From Lachnospiraceae bacterium (GTDB lineage: Bacteria > Bacillota > Clostridia > Lachnospirales > Lachnospiraceae), in NCBI GenBank assembly GCA_051879435.1, contig JBJEMA010000074.1, forward strand, positions 27,800 to 91,799: a stretch of 64,000 nucleotides of DNA, given 5' to 3'. Each line of letters opens with the position of its first letter. Position 1 is the first letter of the stretch. The translations under genes were made by a program, and so were the position numbers. The notes under the pieces are model-generated. The model saw only the letters and a program-made list of their open reading frames with translations, made no database searches and was not told where the DNA came from. This document shows, piece after piece, positions 8,124 through 17,242 of this stretch.

Positions 8124-9867
8124 TTTCCTGTCCTTCCTCTGTTACTGCCCATGGGCAAATGTGACCGTTTTCCACACGGTATACCCGGTCGCAACCGGAG
8201 ATGGTGCTTAACCTGTGGGCAATAATCAAAATTGTTTTTTCTCCATGGAGATAATTTATGGCATCCATCACTGCCTTTTCCGTTTCCTGATCCAGGGCGG
8301 AGGTTGCTTCATCCAGAATCAAAAACTGCGGATTATGATACAGTGCTCTTGCAATTCCGATTCGCTGTCTCTGTCCGCCGCTCAACTGCACGCCCCGGTC
8401 TCCAATCCGGGTATTCCAGCCCTGCGGAAGAGAATTCACAAATTCCAGAATCTGGGCCTGCTCCAACGCACGCTTCACTTTGCTTTCTTCTATTTCCTCC
8501 TCCCATACCCCGAAGGCCACATTTGCCATAATGGTATCATCGGAAAGATAAATGTTCTGCGGAACATAGCCTATCTTTTTCTGCCAGGATCCAAGACAAT
8601 TGGCAATGTCCCGGTCATCCACAAAAATGGCGCCATCCGTAGGCGATAGGAGTCCCATAATCAAATCAGCAAGGGTGGTTTTTCCCTGTCCGGAAGGACC
8701 CACCAGTCCCACTGCTTCTCCGCAGCCAATCCGAAGGTTTTCCTTTTCAAAAATGAGTTGTTCCCGGCCTTCATAACAAAAAGACAAACCCTGAATCCGG
8801 ATTTCCCTGCAAAAATCACAGGAATCTTCTTCCGGCTTTGTCTCCCGGCTTATTTTCGTCTCACATTCCTGTAAATCCCGGTAAATGTTTTCAAGGGAAA
8901 TGCGGTGGAAGGTCATTTCTGTGATGTAGGTATTCACCTTTCCCACTGATGGAAGAAGGCGAAATGCAGATACGGCAAAAACTGCAAGCATTGGCACCAT
9001 TTGCTCCAAATCCGTTCCCCGGAGTGTTGCTATGATAATCAGGAGCAAAACACCTCCGATACAGGCGGTTTCCGTTAATGGGCGCGGAATCTGCATGTAA
9101 AGCTGATGGCGCATATTTACCCTTGCAAACTGATCTGCCTCTGCTTCAAATTTTTTTTCAAAAAATGCTTCCTTTCCAAGCACCTTCACTTCCTTGATGC
9201 CTCCCATGGACTGTAAAATCCACTGTGTCATCTTGGTCTGTGTCCGATTATTTTCTTTCCCGAAATATTTCACCTTCTTCCGGGAGAAAAGGAAAAATCC
9301 ACCGGTACATAACAGCAATAATACCACCATAAACAGGGTGATTAAGGGATTCAGAAAGAGCAGATAAACAAACAGGGTCAGACAAATAATCAGTTCGGAA
9401 AGAATCTGCAGCAAATCCTTTACCACCGTATAAAATCCTGCAACATCCATACGGATGGACTTTTGCAACTCCGAAACATTTTTTGTCAGATGAAAGGTAT
9501 AGTCCTTATGAAGAAACACCCGGAGCATTTTCGTAGAAAGGTTTGCATTGCCCCGATAAACCACCCGAAACAGATAACGGTACATGGCGATTAAATATAT
9601 ATTTTTCAGACAATAAAGCAAAATGGTAACTGCGGAAAGCACAATCACCTGTTTGTCTTTTTCCACAGGCAAAAAAGCCTGAATAAATCTTGCATAGAAA
9701 TCGGTTCCGTCCGCCGTAGAATTCAGAATGGTCTGTAGCAAAGGCAGAATACTGGATATACCAATGAGTTCCAGAAAACTACCCACCAACATTGCAAAAA
9801 ACAGAAATATGATTTTTCTTTTTTCCGGTTTTGTAAGAACCCGATTGATTTTTCTTATCATTTCCAT
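8083..9867 (-). CDS. PglK/WlaB-like ABC transporter (fused permease + ATPase), probable lipid-linked oligosaccharide flippase 1
   Basis: N-terminal TMD, FRLLPS motif, Walker A GPSGQGKTT, signature LSGGQRQRIGIARALY, ILDEATSALD; glycan-locus context. Confidence 0.85.
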   Translation of the reverse strand: MEMIRKINRVLTKPEKRKIIFLFFAMLVGSFLELIGISSILPLLQTILNSTADGTDFYARFIQAFLPVEKDKQVIVLSAVTILLYCLKNIYLIAMYRYLFRVVYRGNANLSTKMLRVFLHKDYTFHLTKNVSELQKSIRMDVAGFYTVVKDLLQILSELIICLTLFVYLLFLNPLITLFMVVLLLLCTGGFFLFSRKKVKYFGKENNRTQTKMTQWILQSMGGIKEVKVLGKEAFFEKKFEAEADQFARVNMRHQLYMQIPRPLTETACIGGVLLLIIIATLRGTDLEQMVPMLAVFAVSAFRLLPSVGKVNTYITEMTFHRISLENIYRDLQECETKISRETKPEEDSCDFCREIRIQGLSFCYEGREQLIFEKENLRIGCGEAVGLVGPSGQGKTTLADLIMGLLSPTDGAIFVDDRDIANCLGSWQKKIGYVPQNIYLSDDTIMANVAFGVWEEEIEESKVKRALEQAQILEFVNSLPQGWNTRIGDRGVQLSGGQRQRIGIARALYHNPQFLILDEATSALDQETEKAVMDAINYLHGEKTILIIAHRLSTISGCDRVYRVENGHICPWAVTEEGQENGKEFGFHRNSNL

Positions 9868-9901
9868 CGTTTTGTCATCTGCTCCGTCCTGCTTACTTAT
9901 G

Positions 9902-9933
9902 AAAAGCCTTCACATTACTCAATGAAGGCTTTT
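9902..9933. terminator. Hairpin/terminator downstream of UDP-xylose synthase
   Basis: AAAAGCCTTCA-N10-TGAAGGCTTTT perfect 11-bp inverted repeat with T-runs possible on both strands. Confidence 0.6.
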
Positions 9934-9948
9934 TCTTTTGCAACGCAT

Positions 9949-10884
9949 TTACACAATTGTCTTAAAATAAGCAATCGTCTTCTTTAATCCCTCTTCCAAA
10001 GGAATGGTCGGCTCCCAGTCCAACTCCTTCTTGGCCACCTCAATCACCGGCTTTCTCTGCAGAGGATCATCGGAAGGCAGTGGCCGGTAAATGATTTTTG
10101 AAGAACTTCCGGTCAGATTAATTACGATTTCCGCTAACTGCTTAATTGTAAATTCTCCCGGATTTCCGATATTAACCGGACCTGTAAAATCAGGACGTGA
10201 ATTCATGAGACGAACCATTCCCTCAATCAAATCATCCACATAGCAAAAACTTCTGGTCTGACTTCCGTCTCCGTATACGGTGATATCCTCTCCCTTCAGT
10301 GCCTGTACAATGAAATTGGAAACCACCCGTCCGTCAGCCGGATGCATATTCGGTCCGTAGGTATTGAAAATACGCATCACCTTAATCTCCGTATGATGCA
10401 TACGATGATAATCAAAAAACAGGGTTTCCGCTGCCCGTTTTCCTTCGTCATAGCAGGAACGGATTCCAATGGTATTGACACAACCCCGGTAGGTTTCCGG
10501 CTGCGGATGGACCTCCGGATCTCCATATACCTCGGAAGTGGACGCCTGTAAAATTCTTGCATGAACCCGCTTTGCAAGACCCAGCATATTCATGGCACCA
10601 AGTACCGATGTCTTCATGGTTTTAATCGGATTGTACTGGTAATGCACCGGACTTGCGGGACAGGCCAGATTGTAAATCTGATCCACCTCCACATGAATCG
10701 GCTCTGTAATATCATGACGAATAAATTCAAAATAATCATTTCCCAGCAAATGACGAATGTTATTTTTGCTTCCCGTATACAGGTTATCCAGACAAATCAC
10801 ATCATTGCCTTCCCGAATTAATCGGTCACAAAGATGAGAACCCAAAAATCCCGCTCCGCCGGTTACTAAAATTCTTTTTCCCAT
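9949..10884 (-). CDS. uxs: UDP-glucuronate decarboxylase (UDP-xylose synthase)
   Basis: [83 protein letters not shown]. Confidence 0.93.
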   Translation of the reverse strand: MGKRILVTGGAGFLGSHLCDRLIREGNDVICLDNLYTGSKNNIRHLLGNDYFEFIRHDITEPIHVEVDQIYNLACPASPVHYQYNPIKTMKTSVLGAMNMLGLAKRVHARILQASTSEVYGDPEVHPQPETYRGCVNTIGIRSCYDEGKRAAETLFFDYHRMHHTEIKVMRIFNTYGPNMHPADGRVVSNFIVQALKGEDITVYGDGSQTRSFCYVDDLIEGMVRLMNSRPDFTGPVNIGNPGEFTIKQLAEIVINLTGSSSKIIYRPLPSDDPLQRKPVIEVAKKELDWEPTIPLEEGLKKTIAYFKTIV

Positions 10885-10906
10885 TCTTATTCTCTCCCAT
10901 TCTTAT
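10880..10906. repeat. Duplication of the uxs start-codon region (CCCATTCTTAT x2)
   Basis: cccattcttat-tctct-cccattcttat; minus strand reads ATAAGAATGGG twice. Confidence 0.6.
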
Positions 10907-10962
10907 AATTATAACTGATACTTAAACGCCTGTTCTTCTCAAATCAACTGCGAGGCTACCAC

Positions 10963-11799
10963 TTATTTCCCAAGTAAGATGCGTAAATACGGCGTAATCG
11001 AATGATAACACGCCGGAATGAATCCGTAGTTCTTTTTTATAAAATAGTACCAGTCATGCTTTGGCAGACCCTTCGGTCCTTCCTTCAGTTCCATCCGTTT
11101 TTTTCGGGGAAGGGAAGTATCCCGCCAGGAACCCTCCACTGCATTGTCCTCGCACACACCCACATAATCCTTTGTATTGATGATACGAAAACCTTTTCGC
11201 CTTATGCTCATGCCGTAATCATAATCACTCATGCTGTGAATATAATGTTCATCCAGATTGCCCACCTGCCGGAAGATTTCGCTACTCATGAACACGCAGT
11301 TCCCGTTAAAGGTATCACAATACACAGGAGACGGTGAGGGATCCACCAGACGATATTTTGCAAAATGTCTGGAGGTCATAAGCACCCCGCCGTAACTGGT
11401 CGTATTCTCTGCTGTTTTGGTTGCACCCACCACAACTTCTGCCTCATTTTCCATTAGACGGTGGTACAGATTGTCCACCATATTCGGGAAAAAAACCACA
11501 TCATCGTTAATCAGCATCACATAATCCAATGACTCCAAATGTTCCAGTGCATAATCTAAGGCTTTACGCATCCCGCCATTCCAAAAAAGTTTGCCGTCGC
11601 CCTTTAGAAATACAAATTGATACGGAAGTTCCCGTAACGCAGGTACAGTATTGTCCCGACTGTTATCGTCCGTTACCACAAAAGTAAGGTCATAGGAAGG
11701 ATTCTGATTCCCAATGCTTTTAATGCAGGAGAGTGTTTTTTCTCTTCGGTTATAACAGGTAAGCAAAATCATTACCCTTGGTTTCTTACTGTTTTGCAT
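10963..11799 (-). CDS. Glycosyltransferase family 2
   Basis: LLTCYNRREKTL, TDDNSRD, LFWNGGM, LINDD, FNGNCV, DYDYG. Confidence 0.88.
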   Translation of the reverse strand: MQNSKKPRVMILLTCYNRREKTLSCIKSIGNQNPSYDLTFVVTDDNSRDNTVPALRELPYQFVFLKGDGKLFWNGGMRKALDYALEHLESLDYVMLINDDVVFFPNMVDNLYHRLMENEAEVVVGATKTAENTTSYGGVLMTSRHFAKYRLVDPSPSPVYCDTFNGNCVFMSSEIFRQVGNLDEHYIHSMSDYDYGMSIRRKGFRIINTKDYVGVCEDNAVEGSWRDTSLPRKKRMELKEGPKGLPKHDWYYFIKKNYGFIPACYHSITPYLRILLGK

Positions 11800-11808
11800 C
11801 TTCTTTTC

Positions 11809-12303
11809 CTAACCAACCGTTTCCCGGGCTTTAGACAGTTCCCGGTATAAATCCCTTATCACACCGTCGCCGCCCTTCTTTCCGCTAATCCAGTCTGCAA
11901 TTGCGAGGATTTCCTCTTCTGCGTCCTTCGGGGCACCCTTAACACCGGCAAGCTGCATTGCCTCAAAATCATTAAGATCATTGCCAACAAACATTACTTC
12001 ACTAAAATCATAACCTTTCTTATCACAGTACTGTTGCAGAATGGTCCGTTTGTCTGCCACATCATGTATCACCGGCAGTTTCAGTTTCTCCGCCCGCCGA
12101 CAAACCACGGGATTTGGCTCCGTGGAAATAATGACCTGCTCAATTCCAAGTTCCCGTATCCGGTTAATCCCATAACCATCGCCCCGGCTGACCGTAACAC
12201 TTTCCACTCCATTTTGATCCACCAGCACCTTGTTGTCAGTCATCACCCCGTCAAAATCATAAGCAATCATTTTCAATTTGCGAAATTTCTTTTTGTATCC
12301 CAT
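11809..12303 (-). CDS. KdsC-like HAD phosphatase (KDO-8-P / KDN-9-P / NeuAc-9-P phosphatase family)
   Basis: YDFDGVMTD, RGDGYGI, FVGNDLND, GGDGVIRD. Confidence 0.88.
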   Translation of the reverse strand: MGYKKKFRKLKMIAYDFDGVMTDNKVLVDQNGVESVTVSRGDGYGINRIRELGIEQVIISTEPNPVVCRRAEKLKLPVIHDVADKRTILQQYCDKKGYDFSEVMFVGNDLNDFEAMQLAGVKGAPKDAEEEILAIADWISGKKGGDGVIRDLYRELSKARETVG

Positions 12304-12410
12304 ATTTCCTCTGCCATTTTCCTTATATAATTCCCGGCCCTGCCTGTGCTTTTCCGTCTTCGTTCCTTCCGCTCCACGGCCGGCTTTGCTTCTGTCTGTT
12401 TTCCGGTGTA

Positions 12411-13322
12411 TTATGACTTTCCTGTTAATTTTCCCCGGAGAAAACGAATCACCTTCTTCACACCAAAATATTTTTTGATGTAAGCCTTATCATAGGCCAT
12501 ATCCCGCTTTACAGGAACATCAAATTGCAGCGGAAACTGCAGGCTTCCGTAGGTAAAATCTTCTTCGCTTTTCCCTGTGGTATGAGTTGCATCCTCCCGG
12601 TCAAATCCGATGTTACAAATCAGATTTTCCTTCGGAACCGCGCCCAGCCCGTGATATTTGTAACGGCAATAATCCCATTGCAAATCCCAGGTATCCTTCT
12701 TTTTTGTATAAACGCTGTTCATATTTTTTTTCAGAAACAAATAGGCAAGTCCGCTTTGAATTTTCTTAAATGCACCGCTTTTGTCAACTTCCGGCCAATC
12801 CGCAATATCCGCATCGTAAAGTTCCCAGGCTCTTTTCCATGTGGCCCATCCCCAAATGGAGGAATAATAGGAAAAGGTATATTGTTTCTCTATTACCGGT
12901 TTTTTCATCAGGTTCAGACCGGAAACCATCATGACACCGGGATCGTTTTGGTAATGCTCCAACATATCCTGGCAATAACGGAAAAAATCCGGTGCCGGAA
13001 CCACATCATCCTCCAGCACAATCACCGTTTCTTCCTGTTGAAGAACCATGTCTATCCCCGTATAAACTCTTTGTTTACAGCCCAGATTTTCCCGTGCATA
13101 ATCCTTGTGCACTTCACAATCCCAGTCAATGTGCGTTTCCACATAATTTCTGGTCTCGGCCACCTTTTTTTCTTCCTCCGGCCGTCCTTCCCGGGCTGCG
13201 TCGGAAATCAGATATAGTTTTGCCGGCTTCGCCCTGCGAATCTCTTCAAATACCACTTTCGTAGTATCCGGCCGGTTAAATATGATAAACGCCACAGGCG
13301 TGGTTAATTGAAATGTATCCAT
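12411..13322 (-). CDS. GT-A fold nucleotide-diphospho-sugar transferase (so-called HlpA-like family)
   Basis: PVAFIIFNRPDTT, NLGC, IVLEDD, WGWATWKRAW, WDLQW, NIGF. Confidence 0.8.
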   Translation of the reverse strand: MDTFQLTTPVAFIIFNRPDTTKVVFEEIRRAKPAKLYLISDAAREGRPEEEKKVAETRNYVETHIDWDCEVHKDYARENLGCKQRVYTGIDMVLQQEETVIVLEDDVVPAPDFFRYCQDMLEHYQNDPGVMMVSGLNLMKKPVIEKQYTFSYYSSIWGWATWKRAWELYDADIADWPEVDKSGAFKKIQSGLAYLFLKKNMNSVYTKKKDTWDLQWDYCRYKYHGLGAVPKENLICNIGFDREDATHTTGKSEEDFTYGSLQFPLQFDVPVKRDMAYDKAYIKKYFGVKKVIRFLRGKLTGKS

Positions 13323-13375
13323 AACACCATGTTCATCCTATACATCTGTCACCCCGATAAAACGAAATGACTGCT

Positions 13376-13462
13376 TTTATTTGGAGCCCCGCCGGAACCA
13401 TACATTTTATCCAAAACTCCTCCGAAACAGGACATTTTTTATCTGGAGCCCCGCCGGAACAG
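13376..13462. repeat. Duplicated 3' end of the priming transferase gene (60-bp period)
   Basis: tttatttggagccccgccggaac (13377-13399) and tttatctggagccccgccggaac (13438-13460). Confidence 0.75.
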
Positions 13463-14860
13463 AACAACCAGAATGGTTTGCAGTAAAAGTTTTAAGTCCA
13501 AACGAAGGGACCACTCATCGATATATTTTAAATCCAGTTTCACAACTTCATCAAAATTTTTAATATCACTTCGGCCGCTGACCTGCCAGAGTCCGGTCAA
13601 TCCAGGGGTAATGCAAAGTCTTCTGCGGTAATGAGGATTGTATTTTTCAAATTCGCTTACCGTTGGCGGTCTTGTTCCCACCAGACTCATATCTCCTTTA
13701 AGAACATTAAAAAACTGGGGAAGTTCGTCAATGCTTGTCTTTCGGATAAATTTGCCCACCTTGGTAATGCGGGGATCATTTTCCATCTTAAACATCAGGC
13801 CTTCCACCTCGTTATGCTTTTGCAACTCCGCAAGCCGTTCTTCCGCATCCACATACATGGAACGGAATTTCAAAATCTTAAAACGGCGCCCATTTTTTCC
13901 AATGCGTTCCTGTTTGAAAATAACGGGACCCTTAGACTCTATCTTTATGGCCAGTGCCACAAAAGGAAACACCAACAGTGTAATCAAAATACCAATCAGA
14001 CTGCCAAAAACATCAAACACACGCTTAATCATCAAACGACGGTAATCCATATTTTGAAGGGAAAAGGAAATAACGGAAAATCCGGCAAAATTGCCGGCTT
14101 CCTTTCCTTCCAGATTTAACTCTTCCATTTCCACATTATAATGGCAGAGAATTCCCATGGTTTCAAATTCCAGAATCATATCACGCACTTTGGAAATCTC
14201 CGTTCGGGGAAGAGAAATAAACACCCGGTCCAAAATGTTCTGGGTAGCCACTTCAATCAGATTCTGCTCATTGGCAATTACCGGAACTCCGTCAATTTCC
14301 TGCCCCACCAGATCCTCATCCATAATTGCGATGCTGGTCAGCTCGTAATTCCATTTCTTTTCTTTTCCGATTCGCCGGATAATGGAGTCTGCTTCCTTTC
14401 GGGTGGTCACCACCATCAATTTATCACTGTTGATACTCTTTTTATAAAAATCCAACATGTAAATACGAAAACCGATATGCAGGAGATAAACCATGGCAAA
14501 ATTAATAACGGTAAATACGCCAAGCACCAGACGGGAATAAATAAATGCCGTCTTTGTTGCAAAAAGAAAGACACTCATGAAAACAGTGACAATCGCAGCG
14601 TATTTTGAAACAACCCAGAGTTCCTTAAAAAATCCGCGCTCAAAAAAGTCCCGGTTCCAGTCTGTAGCAGCCGAATACAATAAAATGATTGCCATAAGAC
14701 AGATCCCGCAGTAGAGATACTCATTGTGATAAAACAATTCTTTGAAACTGCGGAACTTTACAAAATAGGCCAAAAAATACGCCACAATGCCTGCAAAAAG
14801 TTCTATCGCAAGCAAACTATAGGATTTTATGACATTACTTTTCCGATATATATTATTCAT
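13439..14860 (-). CDS. Priming polyprenyl glycosylphosphotransferase 1 (CpsE/WcaJ-like sugar transferase)
   Basis: Four N-terminal TMs, CoA-binding-like domain, then KRVFD, FKQERIG, KFRSM, DPRITKVGKFIRKTSIDELPQFFNVLKGDMSLVGTRP, PGLTGLWQV, YIDEWS. Start moved from 14956 (repeat-encoded) to MNNIYRK at 14860. Confidence 0.93.
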   Translation of the reverse strand: MNNIYRKSNVIKSYSLLAIELFAGIVAYFLAYFVKFRSFKELFYHNEYLYCGICLMAIILLYSAATDWNRDFFERGFFKELWVVSKYAAIVTVFMSVFLFATKTAFIYSRLVLGVFTVINFAMVYLLHIGFRIYMLDFYKKSINSDKLMVVTTRKEADSIIRRIGKEKKWNYELTSIAIMDEDLVGQEIDGVPVIANEQNLIEVATQNILDRVFISLPRTEISKVRDMILEFETMGILCHYNVEMEELNLEGKEAGNFAGFSVISFSLQNMDYRRLMIKRVFDVFGSLIGILITLLVFPFVALAIKIESKGPVIFKQERIGKNGRRFKILKFRSMYVDAEERLAELQKHNEVEGLMFKMENDPRITKVGKFIRKTSIDELPQFFNVLKGDMSLVGTRPPTVSEFEKYNPHYRRRLCITPGLTGLWQVSGRSDIKNFDEVVKLDLKYIDEWSLRLDLKLLLQTILVVLFRRGSR

Positions 14861-14867
14861 ACCCTCT

Positions 14868-14896
14868 ATTATACTATGCTTTCCCTTTTTAATGAA
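14868..14896 (-). promoter_or_regulatory. Putative promoter directly upstream of priming transferase 1
   Basis: TTCATT-N17-TATAAT, with the -10 only 7 nt (AGAGGGT) before the ATG. Confidence 0.45.
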
Positions 14897-14967
14897 ATGG
14901 GTACCGTTTTTCTTAATGAAATGTACAGTACCGTTTTTCTTAATGAAATGAACCATTTTTCTTAGTA
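14889..14967. repeat. Imperfect tandem repeat upstream of priming transferase 1
   Basis: GTACCGTTTTTCTTAATGAAATG exact at 14901-14923 and 14928-14950, with partial copies on both sides. Confidence 0.85.
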
Positions 14968-14992
14968 AATTGCAATGAAATGTTGCTCCTGC

Positions 14993-16135
14993 CTATTTAT
15001 GAAAAGGGTGCTTTTGCATCAGTCTTTCAAATAATTGATGATACTGTTCACCGATATTGCTGTAATCATAATAAGCTGCCCGTTTTTGAGGTTTATCGCC
15101 CCAATCCGTCTCCATGGCTCTTTGCAGACAATCTGCATATTGCTTCGCATCCTCTACATCACAGACAATTCCGGCATCCTGAATTATTTCCCTGCGCACT
15201 TCATCGTTCGTGGTAACCACAGGAAGACCTGCTGCCATCGCTTCAATATAAACAATGCCGAAAGGCTCATAAAGACTGGCCAGCGTAAACACATCTGCAC
15301 TTTGATAATACATCGGCGTTTCCGTATAATGAACGCCCTTAATCATGCAGCGTCCCGGCATTTTTTCCTCTGCCATTTTCTGCAGTTCCTCTTTTCCGTC
15401 TCCCTTACCGAGTATAAGCAAATCCACATTTTCCAGACGCGAAACCGCTTCAATCACTAATTGCTGCCGCTTAAAATGAAAATCCAGATTTCCAACGGCC
15501 AACACCAGACGATGCCCCGGATTGATATGAAATTTCTCTTCTGATTTTTCCTGAAAACGCCGGATGTAAGTTCCGTTCGGAATCATTTCCACTGCAGAGG
15601 TATACTGCATAGCCCAATTTTTTTGCGGGGTGGAAATAGCAACATAGCAATCCGGTTTTGTAAATAAGGTATTCTTTCCTGCAGGGCTGATGCCGTCGGC
15701 TCCCACAAAAACAAAAGGTGTACCATGAATTTTCCGATATTTTGCCGCCAACTTTGCTCCCTCGGAGCCCATTCCCGGAAAAAGCAAATCATAGGCTTCT
15801 TCGGACAAATGCTGCCTCCACACTTTTTTGCAAAACTTTTTACAAAACATGGACATAGGGAACAGAAAAGAAAGATACCGGGATTTCATGGTAAATGCCC
15901 GATATTTCTCATGTTTCTCATAGAATTTTTCGTACCATGTGAGAAACTTTCCCTTTTCGCAGTCCACGGTCACCACCTTTGACATAATGGTTTCATCCGA
16001 TTGCAGGGAATAAATGGTTATGTCATAATATGGCGCCAGATACCGGACTATTTCCATGTAGAATGTCTCGGCACCCCGGCTGTAAATTCCGAAAAACGGG
16101 TGGAGAATGGCTATTCTCTTTTTCGGTTCGCTCAT
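14993..16135 (-). CDS. Glycosyltransferase family 4
   Basis: RGAETFY, IPNG, FKRQQLVIEAV, YEPFGIVYIEAMAAGLPVV. Confidence 0.92.
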   Translation of the reverse strand: MSEPKKRIAILHPFFGIYSRGAETFYMEIVRYLAPYYDITIYSLQSDETIMSKVVTVDCEKGKFLTWYEKFYEKHEKYRAFTMKSRYLSFLFPMSMFCKKFCKKVWRQHLSEEAYDLLFPGMGSEGAKLAAKYRKIHGTPFVFVGADGISPAGKNTLFTKPDCYVAISTPQKNWAMQYTSAVEMIPNGTYIRRFQEKSEEKFHINPGHRLVLAVGNLDFHFKRQQLVIEAVSRLENVDLLILGKGDGKEELQKMAEEKMPGRCMIKGVHYTETPMYYQSADVFTLASLYEPFGIVYIEAMAAGLPVVTTNDEVRREIIQDAGIVCDVEDAKQYADCLQRAMETDWGDKPQKRAAYYDYSNIGEQYHQLFERLMQKHPFHK

Positions 16136-17172
16136 GATGAACTCCTTCCCGTCAGTTTGTTATAGATACTTTCAAAGGAACTGATCAGAAGATAACAGGG
16201 GTTTCCCACTCGAAAGGAGGCCATACGAATTCTTTTCCCCATTGACCAGTTTTCCTTTTTGAAATAATTCTGATACAGGTCCGCAAAATGCTCCCGCAAA
16301 ATTTTGCGATCTTTTTTTGTTTTATTGGTCTGATAAAAGCGAATTACGGAATAAATTGTGAGATTTAACTCTGCCCGATACAATTCCGGTTCCTCATGCC
16401 TTTGGTAAAAATCCATTCTTTCGTAGCCTGCTTCAATGGCCGCTTCGTAGGTCTTATGGGAATTTTTATTCATGATGCTTCCGCTTCGCTGCCGATAATA
16501 ATACAACGAATCAGGAATGGAAACAACCCTGTCCGCACCATAGATTAATTTGTAAATGGTGTATCCGTCCTCATATATTTTTCCCTTTGGGAATTGGATC
16601 GGTTTTCCCTCCCGTTCAAACAGGGTGTGGTGGTACAGTTTATTCCATGTAACAAGTGCCTGCTGCATTCCTCCCACGGTATACATCTGCATTTCCGCTT
16701 CCTGCCTGGTGTAAACAATGACTCCGTCCGTTTTTCCCTGCTCCGCCGTTTTCTCCGCTACCCCGGATTTTTGGGTATTTGGCGATGTTAAGCCGGTTTC
16801 CTCTTCCACTTCCTGAATTTCGCACCAGGCCAATTTGGCATTATATTCCTTTGCTGCCCGGTACAGTTTTTCTATCATCTGTGGGTGAATGTAATCATCG
16901 GCATCCACGAAAAAAATCCACTCCCCTGTTGCCTTGGCCATTCCTGCATTTCTGGCATCCGACAAACCGCCATTTTCTTTATGCAGCACCCGGATCCGGG
17001 AATCCTTTCCGGCATAGGCATCGCAAATGGCACCGCATCCATCCGGGGAACCATCTTCCACCAGCAGAATTTCCAGATTTTCATAACTCTGGCGCAAAAT
17101 GCTGTCAATGCAACACCGCAGATATTTTTCCACTTTATAAATTGGAACGATTACGCTGATTAATTCTTCCAT
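16132..17172 (-). CDS. Glycosyltransferase family 2
   Basis: ISVIVPIYKVEKYL, VEDGSPD, GGLSDARNAG, FVDADD, WNKLY, YEDG. Confidence 0.93.
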   Translation of the reverse strand: MEELISVIVPIYKVEKYLRCCIDSILRQSYENLEILLVEDGSPDGCGAICDAYAGKDSRIRVLHKENGGLSDARNAGMAKATGEWIFFVDADDYIHPQMIEKLYRAAKEYNAKLAWCEIQEVEEETGLTSPNTQKSGVAEKTAEQGKTDGVIVYTRQEAEMQMYTVGGMQQALVTWNKLYHHTLFEREGKPIQFPKGKIYEDGYTIYKLIYGADRVVSIPDSLYYYRQRSGSIMNKNSHKTYEAAIEAGYERMDFYQRHEEPELYRAELNLTIYSVIRFYQTNKTKKDRKILREHFADLYQNYFKKENWSMGKRIRMASFRVGNPCYLLISSFESIYNKLTGRSSS

Positions 17173-17242
17173 TTATGCTCCAAATCCCAGTATCCTTTTT
17201 CTTTTTGATTTTCCGAAATCCTTAGAGGATTCCTGCGCTTGC

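Noticed and set aside
12411-13322. Hemolysin call suggested by HlpA-like similarity
   Set aside because: The motifs (LEDD, WGWATW) and context indicate a GT-A sugar transferase, not a toxin.
14861-14956. N-terminal extension MVHFIKKNGTVHFIKKNGT of the priming transferase
   Set aside because: It is a translation of the upstream DNA repeat; a better start with promoter and SD-like sequence is at 14860.
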